A stretch of DNA of 17,704 nucleotides, from NCBI GenBank assembly GCA_039179045.1, contig JBCDEZ010000032.1, positions 1 through 17,704 of the forward strand, read 5' to 3'. Source of the stretch: Chlamydiota bacterium. GTDB taxonomy: Bacteria; Chlamydiota; Chlamydiia; Chlamydiales; SM23-39. The translations under genes and the position numbers were made by a program. Below the pieces are notes generated by a model that ran no database searches, had not been told where the DNA came from, and saw only the letters and a program-made list of their open reading frames with translations. Shown here piece after piece: positions 1 through 10,035 of this stretch; position 1 is the first letter of the stretch; each line of letters opens with the position of its first letter.

Positions 1-248
1 CAGTGCCGAAGACGGGGATACGGCGTATTTTTTGACCAGCATACCCCCAAGATGGACGATTTTTGTCTGATTTGGACCGCGAAAATCAAGAAATCTGCTC
101 AAAAAACCACTTCCACCACACAGATAGCAGATAAGCATCGCGTCCATTCCCACTGCCCGAACATCCCCTCCTACTAGCGAGCAATTCCCTCAAAATAGGC
201 GAGAAAGGAGATTTTTCTCTGGGAAAAGAGCTCTTTCGCAGTTAGTAT

Positions 249-1097
249 ATGCCCATGGATCCGTTACAAACTTTTCGTGTTTTTCTCGAAGCAGAAAAAG
301 GACTTTCCGAAAAAACCGTGACCGCCTACTTGGGGGACTTGGAGGATTTGGCCCGTTTTTTAGGAAAACCGTGGTCTTCTATCTTAGAAGCCGACCTTTT
401 GGGCTATTTTTCTAGCCTGGAGGGGAGGTATCGATTGTCCAGCATTCTCCGGAAAATGAGTGCAATCCGCTCTTTTTTCCGCTTTTTGTACGCAGAACAT
501 CTCATTCAGGCTCCTTTGAGTGAAGCTTTTAGTGGACAAAAGATGCGCCGTATACTTCCCGAGATTTTCTCCGTAGAAGAAGTGGAGATGCTTGTACACG
601 CTCCCGATCCTACAACGAAAATTGGTGCGCGCGATCGAGCTATCTTTTCCCTTCTCTACGCGACGGGTATCCGAGTCTCGGAGTGTGCGCACTTGAAGAT
701 CGCCGACGTGCAAGAGGAGTCTTTGCGTGTACGCGGCAAGGGGAGTAAAGAGCGGGTTGTGCCCGTGCATGGTGCGGCACTTTCTCTATTGGACTGTTAC
801 CTATCCTTTCGTCACGATGAGGTGCCTTGGCTTTTCCTGACAGAGAGAGAAAAACGCATTGACAGGATTACGATTTACCGGAGAATTCGGTATTACGCGC
901 AAAAGCTACACTTCGGTTCTTTTTCTCCCCACACCTTCCGGCACTGTTTTGCTAGTCATTTGCTTGAAAAAGGCGCGAGCCTCCGAGTCATCCAAGAGCT
1001 ATTGGGACACGAAGATATTGAGACGGTGAAATGGTACCTCCACCTCTCATCTGATCAGGTGAAGCGCGCCTTTTTCACCTTCCATCCCCGTCCTTGA
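249..1097 (+). CDS. xerD: Site-specific tyrosine recombinase, XerD/XerC family (start may be ATG 255)
   Basis: N-terminal EKGLSEKTVTAYLGDL (SAM-like domain). Complete catalytic set: LYATGIRVSE (R), GKGSKER (K), SPHTFRH (HxxR), LLGH (H), WYLHL (Y). C-terminal FHPR. XerD versus XerC is assigned by recognition only. Confidence 0.85.
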   Translation: MPMDPLQTFRVFLEAEKGLSEKTVTAYLGDLEDLARFLGKPWSSILEADLLGYFSSLEGRYRLSSILRKMSAIRSFFRFLYAEHLIQAPLSEAFSGQKMRRILPEIFSVEEVEMLVHAPDPTTKIGARDRAIFSLLYATGIRVSECAHLKIADVQEESLRVRGKGSKERVVPVHGAALSLLDCYLSFRHDEVPWLFLTEREKRIDRITIYRRIRYYAQKLHFGSFSPHTFRHCFASHLLEKGASLRVIQELLGHEDIETVKWYLHLSSDQVKRAFFTFHPRP

Positions 1098-4000
1098 GAG
1101 GAGGCGCTTTTCCAATCCATCCCTCGCGGAGGCGTTCGAGGCAATCGAAGATCACGGGAGTGACAAACAGGGTAAGGAGCTGAGAAAAAAGGAGCCCTCC
1201 CACTACTACCACCCCAAGAGAGGCGCGTGTCTTAGCGCTTGGACCTCCCAAACCTAAAGCGATGGGTAAAGCTCCCATGAAAGCGGCAAGCGTGGTCATG
1301 ATGATCGGACGGAATCGAACGGTACACGCGTTGCATATTGCCTTTGTTCTAGGCTCCCCCTTAGCAATGTTTACTACGGCAAAATCGACGACCATAATGC
1401 CGTTTTTCATGACAATACCAATCAGCATCATGAGCCCGACGAAGGAAAAAATTGAAAGGGACATTCCGGTGATGTAGAGGGAAAAGAGCCCTCCAAAGGT
1501 CGCAGGAGGCAGAGCGCTCATTACTGTCAGGGGATGGAAAAAGCTCTCGTATAAGATCCCCAAGATCACGTAGATCACAAAGATCGTGCTGAGAAAAAGG
1601 AGGAGCAAAGTACCCGCCATGCCTGCAAAGGCAGCAGTGGATCCCTGCGGCTTTCCGGTTACCGATTTGGGAAGGTCTTTTGCGAACTTTCCGAGCGCTT
1701 CGAGCGCTTCGCCAAGCGTTTTTCCATTCGCTACATTGAAAGAGAGCGTTGCAGCAGGAAGGCTATTGATCCTCGTAAGGGATAAAGGACCCGCGGTGTG
1801 TTCCCAGGAGACGACCTCTTTCAAGGGAACAAGATGGTTATTTGCGCCTCGCAAAAAGAGGTAGGAAAAAGCCTCTTCGTTCCGGTAAAAGGCGGGGAGC
1901 GTCTCTAAAATGACATCGTACTGGTTGATATTCGTATTGATCGTAGAAATCTTGTTGTCCGAATAGGCGTGTGAAAACAGCGTCTCAATATCTTGCGCGC
2001 TTATTCCCAGATGCGATGCGCGGTCCCGATCGATTTTTAGGCTGACTTGAGGTTGGCGAATCTGTAGATCTGAAGAGACTTCGGTAAAAAGATCGGAGCG
2101 CTGGTGCATTTTTGCAAGAAACATTTCGATCGAGCTTTGCAGTGTTGCGGTATCGAGCCCGACTAAAGAATATTGATATAGAGCCTTGGTAGTTGTCCCT
2201 AGAGTCAAATTGATCAGAGGGAGGGGAGAGAGATAGCTATTGATACCTGGAATCTCCCGCACCTTTTTCGTCAGATCTTCCATAACGGAAAATACTGACC
2301 TTCGCTCTTGAAGTGGCTTGAGTTGAATGAAAAATAGACCTTGGTTGTCATTGAGCATATCTTGGATCGAGGTGACCGATACGATGCTATGGACGGCAGG
2401 GTCTCGTATGCATAAATCGACGACTTGCTCTTGCAGTGCCTTTTGTAAGAAGGGCGAAGTGCCATCTTCTGACTGGGTGAATGCTTGGATGAAGCCTTCA
2501 TCTTGCGTGGGCAAAAAGTCGGTTTTCACGTTCCGAAATAGCCAAAAAGAGCCGATCAAAGAGAGCGCGCCGAGCGCCAGGATGATCCTTTTCTCTTCCA
2601 GCACCCATACAAGAGATTTTTTGTATTTCTCTGTGAGAAACTCCTGTAGTGCCAACGAGCGCTTTTCGATAAAGGTCTTTTTCTTCAAAGAGGATTTCGA
2701 AGGTATGCACCGACTGCAAAGGAGAGGCGTCAAAGTCAAGGATATGACTCCAGAAAAAAAGACGGCGCTTACAATTGTAAACGCGAATTCTTGAAACAGC
2801 CTTCCAAGGACGCTACCGAGAAAAAAGAGGGGAAGAAATACGCTGATAAGACAAAGTGTCATCGAAAGAACCGTAACACTGATCTCTTTTGCCCCCAAAA
2901 GGGTAGCCTTCTCCGGACTTTTTCCTTTATGCACATGCCGGATTGAGTTTTCTAAGACTACGATGGCGTCATCGACAAGGAAGCCGATTGAAAGGGTGAG
3001 AGCGAGCAAAGATAGGATGTCGATGCTGAATCCTCCCGCGTAAAGAGCGCAGAATGTAGCTAAGATCGACATAGGGATCGCAAGCGCAGGAATCAGGGTG
3101 TTGAGGATCTTTCCAAAAGAAAGGTAAATGATCAAGATCACCAGGATAAGAGCAATCAAAAGCGTGATCTCCACATCTTGGACTGCCTCGATGATCACAG
3201 CTTTTTTGCTGTAGACAGTGTGGTAGCGGAGTGAGGCGGGTAGCTCTTTTTCCAAACTAGGAAGCCTACGAAAGACCGCATCGCTAACGGCAGCGGCATT
3301 GGCTCCTGGAAGAGTTTGGATCGCCAAAACAACGCAGGGAAGAGAGCGCCCTTTTTCGAGGTATCTCTGGTGAAGCTTGTCGTCTTGGAAGCTGCGAATT
3401 GCGCGCCCCACATCAGCAATTTTCGTAAAGCTGCCGTTTTCCGATTTGATGACTAGAAAATTGTAGTCATCTGCTTTTTCGATCTGGCCTGAGATATCGA
3501 TCGTCGTCTCCTGCTTTTGACCATATAAGACCCCTGTCGCAAGCTCTACGTTACCTTCTTCAATTGCTGAGGCGACATCGTCCATAGTGATACCGCGGCA
3601 TGCAATCTCTCCCGGATCAATTTGGATTCTTGCTGCGTAGGGAGAGCCGAAGGTGATGACCTGCGAGATCCCCTCGATGGTGCTAAGACGCTGACCGATA
3701 TAGGTGTTGCCGTAGTCGTAGAGCTCTTGCTGGTCCATCCCCTCGGACGTGATGGCGATGTACAAAATGGGAGTCTGTGCTGGATTGATCTTTTTGTAGG
3801 TAGGGTTGTAGGGAAGGTCGGGAGGCAATTTTGGAAGGGCCCTATCAATGGCCGCTTGCACGTCGAGAGCTGCTGTGTCCATCGATTTGGTGAGAGAAAA
3901 CTGCAAGACAAGAGTCGATGTCCCGGTCATATTGTTCGAAAAGAGCGTTTGTAGACCGTCGATCGTCAAAAACTCCCTTTCCAAAGGAACCGCACAGGTA

Positions 4001-4182
4001 GCTGCGATTGTCTCTGGGTTGCTGCCCGGATAAGATACGGTTACAGCAATCGTGGGAAACTCGACATCGGGAAGATCCGAGACGGGCAAGCTGCGGTAAG
4101 AAAATATTCCGAAGACGAGCACGCATGCTGTGAGAAGCGTGGTCATGACCGGTTTTTTGATGAATGGCTCGGAGAGATTCAT
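1075..4182 (-). CDS. RND efflux permease, HAE1 family (MdtB/MdtC-like), 1035 aa
   Basis: MNLSEPFIKKPVMTTLL start. Proton-relay motifs intact: GFLVDDAIVVLEN (TM4 DD), GIVMKNGIMVVDFA (TM10 K), RFRPIIMTT (TM11 R/T). Two large periplasmic loops. Confidence 0.95.
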   Translation of the reverse strand: MNLSEPFIKKPVMTTLLTACVLVFGIFSYRSLPVSDLPDVEFPTIAVTVSYPGSNPETIAATCAVPLEREFLTIDGLQTLFSNNMTGTSTLVLQFSLTKSMDTAALDVQAAIDRALPKLPPDLPYNPTYKKINPAQTPILYIAITSEGMDQQELYDYGNTYIGQRLSTIEGISQVITFGSPYAARIQIDPGEIACRGITMDDVASAIEEGNVELATGVLYGQKQETTIDISGQIEKADDYNFLVIKSENGSFTKIADVGRAIRSFQDDKLHQRYLEKGRSLPCVVLAIQTLPGANAAAVSDAVFRRLPSLEKELPASLRYHTVYSKKAVIIEAVQDVEITLLIALILVILIIYLSFGKILNTLIPALAIPMSILATFCALYAGGFSIDILSLLALTLSIGFLVDDAIVVLENSIRHVHKGKSPEKATLLGAKEISVTVLSMTLCLISVFLPLFFLGSVLGRLFQEFAFTIVSAVFFSGVISLTLTPLLCSRCIPSKSSLKKKTFIEKRSLALQEFLTEKYKKSLVWVLEEKRIILALGALSLIGSFWLFRNVKTDFLPTQDEGFIQAFTQSEDGTSPFLQKALQEQVVDLCIRDPAVHSIVSVTSIQDMLNDNQGLFFIQLKPLQERRSVFSVMEDLTKKVREIPGINSYLSPLPLINLTLGTTTKALYQYSLVGLDTATLQSSIEMFLAKMHQRSDLFTEVSSDLQIRQPQVSLKIDRDRASHLGISAQDIETLFSHAYSDNKISTINTNINQYDVILETLPAFYRNEEAFSYLFLRGANNHLVPLKEVVSWEHTAGPLSLTRINSLPAATLSFNVANGKTLGEALEALGKFAKDLPKSVTGKPQGSTAAFAGMAGTLLLLFLSTIFVIYVILGILYESFFHPLTVMSALPPATFGGLFSLYITGMSLSIFSFVGLMMLIGIVMKNGIMVVDFAVVNIAKGEPRTKAICNACTVRFRPIIMTTLAAFMGALPIALGLGGPSAKTRASLGVVVVGGLLFSQLLTLFVTPVIFDCLERLREGWIGKAPPLKDGDGR

Positions 4183-5270
4183 AGCCCTTCTACTTCTTTT
4201 ACCGAGACGCGAGCGCCTGTGAAAAGGTTTTGTCCTCCCAGCGTCACCACTTCTTCTCCCTCAGTAAGTCCGCGCTTTACTAAGACCTCTTTTCCAAGAC
4301 GCTGGCCCAAAGTAAGAGGACGTTTCATGATGGTCTGCTCTTCTGTGACTGTGAAGACAAACGGGCCTTTTGTGTCGTATTGGATCGCTGCTTGAGGTAG
4401 CGTGAGTGCCTCTTTTTCGATACGCAAGACGAGTCGGACTCGCACATATCGCCCGGGCCAGAGCTCTTCTGTTTTATTCTCGAAAAGAGCGCGCAACGCG
4501 ATGGTGCCCGTATCTTGGTCGACTTCGTTATCGATCATATCTACAGGCCCGTGGAAGATCTTTTTCTCAAACCCGTCGGTGCTGACAAGGGTGCGCAAAG
4601 AGCCGAGTTCTGTTTGCCAGTGCTGGATCTTGGCTAGGTATTTCTGGGGAAAGAAAAAAGATACGTAGATCGGGCGGATCTGGTTGATCGTGACTAAGGT
4701 CTGGCTCGCATCGCTTTTGACAATATTTCCCTGATCGATCTGTAGCTTGCCTGTTCTGCCCGTGACTGGAGCATAGATCCAGCAGTAGCCGAGTGCGATC
4801 TCCGCCGATTTCAGAGATGCTTTGGCTTGCAAAAGAGTCCCCTCAAGCGCGTGTAAGTTGCTTTTGAGTTCATCGAATTGGATCCTTGCGTAGTAGTCTT
4901 CTTCGGTAAGAGGGGAGTAGCGTAGCACCTTTTCTCGGGCAATATCGATCTGTGCAACCCTCTCTTGTAGGGCACCTTGCGCTTTTTGCACGTCTGCTTG
5001 GAACGTTCTCGGATCGATCGTAAAGAGCAAGTCTCCTTTGCGCACCTCTTCTCCTTCATGGAAATAGACGCCTGTAATTTCCCCTTCGACTCTAGATGCA
5101 ATCTGTACTTGTAAGATTGGTTCCACATGACCGATTGTTTCTAGGTAGATGGGTACATCTTTTTTGATTGCTTTGATTACTTTTACGGGATAGGGGGACA
5201 AGGTTTTTTCGGGAATACCCGAAGAGCAGCTTGCAAACAGTGCGAAAAATAAGATCTGTTTTCTCATCAA
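4179..5270 (-). CDS. RND periplasmic adaptor / membrane fusion protein (MdtA-like), probable lipoprotein
   Basis: Lipoyl half-motifs VEGEITGVYFHEGEEVRKGDLLFTIDP and IYAPVTGRTG flank a helical hairpin. DNEVDQDTGTI and LWPGRYV are present. Lipobox-like LFASC. ATGA overlaps with both neighbours. Confidence 0.93.
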   Translation of the reverse strand: MMRKQILFFALFASCSSGIPEKTLSPYPVKVIKAIKKDVPIYLETIGHVEPILQVQIASRVEGEITGVYFHEGEEVRKGDLLFTIDPRTFQADVQKAQGALQERVAQIDIAREKVLRYSPLTEEDYYARIQFDELKSNLHALEGTLLQAKASLKSAEIALGYCWIYAPVTGRTGKLQIDQGNIVKSDASQTLVTINQIRPIYVSFFFPQKYLAKIQHWQTELGSLRTLVSTDGFEKKIFHGPVDMIDNEVDQDTGTIALRALFENKTEELWPGRYVRVRLVLRIEKEALTLPQAAIQYDTKGPFVFTVTEEQTIMKRPLTLGQRLGKEVLVKRGLTEGEEVVTLGGQNLFTGARVSVKEVEGL

Positions 5271-6703
5271 AACCTCGTAGTCGGGGGCTCGCTGTATGGG
5301 ATACCTAGAGCTCCTGTGCTGTAAGCGATCTCTGCTATCGACTGGTACCAGTCTTTTTTGGCATTGGCAAGCTCGGCTTTTGCATCGGCAACGGCACTTT
5401 GTGAAGAGAGGAGATCCAAGATAGTCACTGTGCCTGCTTTATAACTTTCGAAGGCGATCGAAAATTGTAGAGCTGCCTCTTGGACATACTCGTTGGAGTA
5501 GGCCAAAGCCTCTTTGGCAGCTTTGAGTGAGGCGTGCGCTGAGGTCACCTCGCTGATCACAGTAAGCTCTGTGTTTAGAAGCTCGGCTGCGCTCTTTTCG
5601 AGATTAGCTCTTTTCTCACGGACAACGTTGTTGCGCAAAAAGCCCTCAAAAAGAGGCACGTTGAGCTTTAGCAAAAGCGTCCAGTGATAGTCTTCATCTT
5701 CGTTGTGATTGTACCAATACTTGCCCAAATCAAAACTGGCAGAAAGTGTGGGGTTATATTCCGCTCTTGCCCCTGCGAGAGCTGCTTTTTGCTGCTCTAA
5801 TCCAGCTAAAGCTGCTTGCAAATCGGGACGCTGCCTTTGCGCTTGGTCTACGAGCTCTTCCAACTGGGCGAAGGTCGTATCGCTAAAGACATTTTCTGGC
5901 AGCTCTTCGATTGCAAAAGTGGCTGTCGCGGGTAGCCCCACATCTTTTGCGAGCTGAGAGAAGCTCAAAGCGAGATCTCTCTCTTGCTGGATCACGCGGA
6001 TCTTTGCTTGGATGAATGCCGTTTTTGCCTGCGCAACGTCACCTCTTGCCACGATCCCAAGAGCTCCTTTTTCCTCTGCTGCTCGCATGGTTTGCTCTGC
6101 ATTAGCAAGATCTGCTTCTAGGGCAACTAACCGTTCTTTTTCGAAGGCACATGTGTAGTAGTCTTCCATTACTGTTTTCACAGCACTTTGTAAGGTCCGG
6201 TTATGAGACAGGTCAGCAAACAGTAGTCCTTGGAGAGCTGCCGCAGAAGAGGCATTTCTCTTGCCAAAGTCGAGAAGCGTGTAGTTGAGGTTGATTTCAG
6301 GTCCTGTCGTTTCAAGGCGGTAGGGAACGGTAAAATTCTCGGAAAGAGAGAATGTTTCTCGCTCTTTTTGGTAGGAGACGCATGCATCGACAGTCGGAAA
6401 GTAAGCGCTATTGGCCTGCGCGTAGAGAGCTGCTTGCGCCCGCGCCTCGGCCCAGGAGGTTTTTGTATTGGGGTTATTGTAAAGGGCGATGTCGATCAGC
6501 GTAGCAAGTGAGAGTGTCTCTCCTTCGTAATCCAGTGGAAGGTAGGTATGGAAATAGGCAGAGGAGATGAGGGAGCTTTCACCCGTATCGTGGTCGTAGA
6601 CTGCGTTTGGTAGGCAGGGGGCAAAAGAGTAGGGATCGAGAAAAACTGAGGGAGAGCAACAGCTTGAAAATCCCAACAGGAAACAACCAATGAGTCTGCG
6701 CAT
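5267..6703 (-). CDS. Outer membrane efflux factor, TolC/OprM family, possible lipoprotein
   Basis: Two OEP repeats (ALYNNP...YFPTV; QRPDL...YNPTLS; VPLFEG; YKAGTVTILDLL). Signal peptide ending FSSC. First gene of the OMF-MFP-RND trio. Confidence 0.9.
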   Translation of the reverse strand: MRRLIGCFLLGFSSCCSPSVFLDPYSFAPCLPNAVYDHDTGESSLISSAYFHTYLPLDYEGETLSLATLIDIALYNNPNTKTSWAEARAQAALYAQANSAYFPTVDACVSYQKERETFSLSENFTVPYRLETTGPEINLNYTLLDFGKRNASSAAALQGLLFADLSHNRTLQSAVKTVMEDYYTCAFEKERLVALEADLANAEQTMRAAEEKGALGIVARGDVAQAKTAFIQAKIRVIQQERDLALSFSQLAKDVGLPATATFAIEELPENVFSDTTFAQLEELVDQAQRQRPDLQAALAGLEQQKAALAGARAEYNPTLSASFDLGKYWYNHNEDEDYHWTLLLKLNVPLFEGFLRNNVVREKRANLEKSAAELLNTELTVISEVTSAHASLKAAKEALAYSNEYVQEAALQFSIAFESYKAGTVTILDLLSSQSAVADAKAELANAKKDWYQSIAEIAYSTGALGIPYSEPPTTRF

Positions 6704-6777
6704 GCGGCGTTATAGGCTCAGGCACTGAAAAAGATAGGCACCTAGAGCATCCTCCCTGAAACCTCTTTTATGGAAGG

Positions 6778-8223
6778 TTAGGGCTTGCAGTCAAGTTTTT
6801 TGTGCAGCAATAGGTTGACTGTAGCTGGATCTGCTTTTCCTTTGGTCTGCTTCATCACCTGTCCCACAAGAAAGGAAAAAGCTTTCGTTTTCCCCTTGCG
6901 AAAGTCTGCAATCGATTGAGGATGGCTTGCAACTACCTCTTCGATGATCGGATCGAGCGTGGAGGCATTGGCTACGGGAGCGTAGTCAGGATTGCCCTCG
7001 ACTAGCTTTTCTGGGCTTTTCTGCGGATTTTGTACCATCTCGTCTGCGAGAGATTTTGCCATGCGCGCCGTGATCACATTCCGTTCGATGAGATCGATGA
7101 GTTGTCCTACATGTTGGGGAGCGATATCTGCCGTAAGGAGCGTTTTTCCCTCTTCTTTGAGTCTCCCTGCAAATTCGATGGTGATCCAGTTGCAAGCAAG
7201 TTTGGGAGAGTTGCAGTGGGGAAGAACTTGTTCAAAATAGTCGGAGAGGTGCTTGTCTGTAGTCAAAAGGAGGGATGCCTCTTCTGAGAGTCCCAGCTCT
7301 TTTTGGTAGCGCTTCCTACGCTTTTCAGGCAGCTCGGGCAGCTCTTTTTTTAGGCGAGAGATCACCTCTTCAGGTATACTTACGGGAGGAATATCGGGCT
7401 CGGGCATGTAGCGGTAGTCCCCTGAAGACTCCTTTTCCCGCATCACAGAAAGAGTCTGCGTTGTCGGATCGAATCTGCATGTTGAAGAGGGAATGGATGC
7501 CGCTGGGTTTGCCTCATAGATCTGGATTTGGCGCTCTTTTTCCTGTTCAATCGCTTTTCGAAGTGCTTCAAAAGAGGCCATATTTTTGATTTCCACTTTA
7601 TTGCGTAGGGTCGTCTCTCCCAAAGGACGGACGGAAATATTGGCATCGACGCGCAGATGTCCCTGCTCCATATTCCCCCTCGATACATCGGTATACTGCA
7701 AGATTGCTCGAACCGCTTTTGCGTAGAGCACGGCTTCTTCGGGAGAACGGAGGCACGAATCGGAGACGATTTCTAACAGAGCGCACCCAGCTCGATTGTC
7801 GTCCACTCCGCTGAATTTAGAAAAGTGGCGCAAACTTCCCGCATCCTCTTCGAGATGCGCACTTTGGATGGTGACCTCTTTTGTTCTACCTTGGATATTG
7901 ATCGGAACCCTTCCTCCTTTTAGGATCGGATGGAAAAACTGGGTGATTTGGAAATTTTTCGGTGTGTCGGGGTAGAAGTAGGATTTCCTATCGAAAGAGC
8001 AAGGTTCGACAGAGGCTCCTACCGCTAGACCAAATAAAACTGCTTTGTACAATGCCTCTTCGTTCAAGAGGGGAAGAGATCCGGGCTGTCCCGTGCAAAT
8101 GACGCTAATGTTTTCATTCGGCTCATTACCAAATTGGTTGGGCGCTGGAGAAAAGAGCTTGGTTTTTGTGTTCAGCTGCGCGTGGATCTCTAAGCCGATG
8201 ATCGTCTCCCAAATAGTCTTCAT
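6778..8223 (-). CDS. gatB: Asp/Glu-tRNA(Asn/Gln) amidotransferase subunit B, 481 aa
   Basis: GLEIHAQL, RKSYFYPD, HLEEDAG, NRAG, EIKN and YRYMPEPD motifs, with a YqeY-like C-terminal domain (FLVGQVMKQTKGKADP). Start moved from 8262 to ATG 8223, which overlaps the gatA stop as ATGA. Confidence 0.97.
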   Translation of the reverse strand: MKTIWETIIGLEIHAQLNTKTKLFSPAPNQFGNEPNENISVICTGQPGSLPLLNEEALYKAVLFGLAVGASVEPCSFDRKSYFYPDTPKNFQITQFFHPILKGGRVPINIQGRTKEVTIQSAHLEEDAGSLRHFSKFSGVDDNRAGCALLEIVSDSCLRSPEEAVLYAKAVRAILQYTDVSRGNMEQGHLRVDANISVRPLGETTLRNKVEIKNMASFEALRKAIEQEKERQIQIYEANPAASIPSSTCRFDPTTQTLSVMREKESSGDYRYMPEPDIPPVSIPEEVISRLKKELPELPEKRRKRYQKELGLSEEASLLLTTDKHLSDYFEQVLPHCNSPKLACNWITIEFAGRLKEEGKTLLTADIAPQHVGQLIDLIERNVITARMAKSLADEMVQNPQKSPEKLVEGNPDYAPVANASTLDPIIEEVVASHPQSIADFRKGKTKAFSFLVGQVMKQTKGKADPATVNLLLHKKLDCKP

Positions 8224-9680
8224 AGGAAAGCTCGAGGAATCTGGATTCGAGAAGAGGCGCACTCAAAAGCGTATGCAGCTTGCATGACCGCCGCGTCGCG
8301 CATCTGCGGCCCGAGAATTTGTAATCCAAGTGGCAGTTCCCCCTCAGCAACAGGGACTGGTACAGAGATTCCTGGTAGGCAGGCCAAATTCGCAGGAATC
8401 GTGAACATATCTTGCAGATACATGTGGAAGGGATCTTGAAAAGATCCGAGAGGAAAAGCATTTACAGGGGATGTGGGCATCACCACGTAATCACAGGCAG
8501 AAAAAGCCTCAGCAAAGGCTTCTTGCATCAAAAAGCGCATCTTTTGCGCTTTTCGGTAGAATTCGTCTTGGTGTCCTGAAGACAGAACGAATGTGCCTAA
8601 GAGAATTCTCTTTTTTACTTCGCTTCCAAAGCCCTCGTTGCGTGACATCTGATAGATGTCTTCCACACTATCTGCTTTCGTCGAGCGCTTCCCATAGCGG
8701 ATCCCATCAAAGCGGGACAGATTCGTTGAGGCTTCTGCTGTTGCAAGAATATAATAGACGGCAATCGAGTAGCGGAGTAAATCGAGGTCGACCTCCTGGA
8801 TCGTGGCTCCTAGATCCTTCAGTGTAGCTACAGAAGAATCGAAGGATTGCTTTGATTGGGGATCGAGATTGTGCAGAAATGACCAGGGTACGCCGACCAC
8901 CTTTCCTTCAAGATCCTTTTTCTGTAGATCTAGGTACGTTTCTGGAGGGAGATCAAAAGTCGTGGGATCGTGAGGGCAAGAGCGGCCGATGATTTCCATC
9001 ATCAACGCAGCATCTTCAACGCAGGTGGCTAAAGGACCGATCTGGTCCATGGAAGATCCAAAGGCGATCAGGCCATACCGAGAAACTCTTCCGTATGTTG
9101 GTTTGAATCCTACGATCCCGCAGAAAGCGGCAGGCTGACGGATGGACCCTCCCGTATCGCTACCTGTTGCAATTGGTACCAATCTGGCAGCTACAGCAGC
9201 AGCGGACCCGCCCGAGGATCCTCCAGGTGTCCGTTCAAGATCCCAGGGATTGCGCGATTTTGCATAAGCTGAATTCTCACCTGAAGAGCCCATGGAAAAT
9301 TCATCGAGGTTGGTTTTTCCGATGGGAATCGCGCCTGCCTCTTCCATCAGACGGACCACGGTTGCGCTGAAAGGCGCCCGGTAGTCTGCCAAAAATTTCG
9401 AAGCGCAGGTGGTGATGGTTCCTCGAATATGCGTATTGTCCTTGATCCCCACAGGAATAGCCGCCATTTTTCCTAGCGGAAGGCCGCGAGCTTTTCGCTC
9501 ATCGATAGCACACGCTTTTTTACGTGCTTTATCGGCATGCACTTTAAGGAAGGAGCCCAAAGCGTCGTTGTGCGCTTCGATTCTTGCTAAAAAATGGTTG
9601 GTGATCTCAAAAGCAGACAGATCACCACGCAAAAAGAGACGATGCAGTTTGCTTGCAGACAAAGTGTGCAGATCCTTCAT
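8220..9680 (-). CDS. gatA: Asp/Glu-tRNA(Asn/Gln) amidotransferase subunit A
   Basis: Amidase signature with Lys-cisSer-Ser triad: [45 protein letters not shown] and [14 protein letters not shown] are GatA-typical. Confidence 0.98.
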   Translation of the reverse strand: MKDLHTLSASKLHRLFLRGDLSAFEITNHFLARIEAHNDALGSFLKVHADKARKKACAIDERKARGLPLGKMAAIPVGIKDNTHIRGTITTCASKFLADYRAPFSATVVRLMEEAGAIPIGKTNLDEFSMGSSGENSAYAKSRNPWDLERTPGGSSGGSAAAVAARLVPIATGSDTGGSIRQPAAFCGIVGFKPTYGRVSRYGLIAFGSSMDQIGPLATCVEDAALMMEIIGRSCPHDPTTFDLPPETYLDLQKKDLEGKVVGVPWSFLHNLDPQSKQSFDSSVATLKDLGATIQEVDLDLLRYSIAVYYILATAEASTNLSRFDGIRYGKRSTKADSVEDIYQMSRNEGFGSEVKKRILLGTFVLSSGHQDEFYRKAQKMRFLMQEAFAEAFSACDYVVMPTSPVNAFPLGSFQDPFHMYLQDMFTIPANLACLPGISVPVPVAEGELPLGLQILGPQMRDAAVMQAAYAFECASSRIQIPRAFL

Positions 9681-9988
9681 GAAGAAGTTCCCTTGTCTGT
9701 AAGGACGGGAGGAACTCGGATCATACCAGCAGTCGATTCGACATTGTCCAGGTAGGGTTTTTTGAGAAGAAGATTGTCAATCGTGTCCTTTCTTAGGGGT
9801 TGACGGGGTGTTTTTTGATCATTCGACCAAAACGTGGGGACATTTTCCGTGTCGATTTCACCGAGTTGCTCGACATATTCCAAAATCTTTTGCAAACTTT
9901 GTGTGAGCTCTTCTTCTTCTTCAGTACTACACTGAATACAAGAAAGTTTTTCCAAATATCTGAGAATATCTTTTGTAAATTTAAACAT
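9677..9988 (-). CDS. gatC: Asp/Glu-tRNA(Asn/Gln) amidotransferase subunit C
   Basis: 103 aa with LQKILEYVEQLGEIDTENVP, LRKD and IRVPPV motifs. ATGA overlap with gatA. Confidence 0.92.
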   Translation of the reverse strand: MFKFTKDILRYLEKLSCIQCSTEEEEELTQSLQKILEYVEQLGEIDTENVPTFWSNDQKTPRQPLRKDTIDNLLLKKPYLDNVESTAGMIRVPPVLTDKGTSS

Positions 9989-10005
9989 AAAAACTATTGA
10001 AACTC

Positions 10006-10035
10006 ATTATTCGAAGAGATTTAGATAAAAGTCAA
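10006..10035 (-). promoter_or_regulatory. Putative sigma66/sigma70 promoter of gatCAB
   Basis: Minus strand TTGACT (10035-10030), 18-nt spacer, AATAAT (10011-10006), ending 17 nt before the gatC ATG. Confidence 0.5.

Noticed and set aside
1..178. Partial gene at the left edge: minus frame from ATG 147 (MDAMLICYLCGGSG..., a CxxCxGxG motif, with AGGAGG upstream) or plus frame 1 open to 178
   Set aside because: Competing short open frames, poorly spaced Shine-Dalgarno and no recognisable family. It cannot be resolved without flanking sequence.
249..1097. Tyrosine recombinase as the integrase of a mobile element carrying the efflux pump
   Set aside because: Length and motifs fit chromosomal XerD/XerC. 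There is no arm-binding domain, att repeat, tRNA target or other mobility gene.
1692..1709. CGAGCGCTT x2 in the RND gene (similarly (GC)6 at 12323-12334 in rnhC)
   Set aside because: These simply encode EALEAL and the conserved LARAR motif. Frames are intact, with no sign of phase variation.
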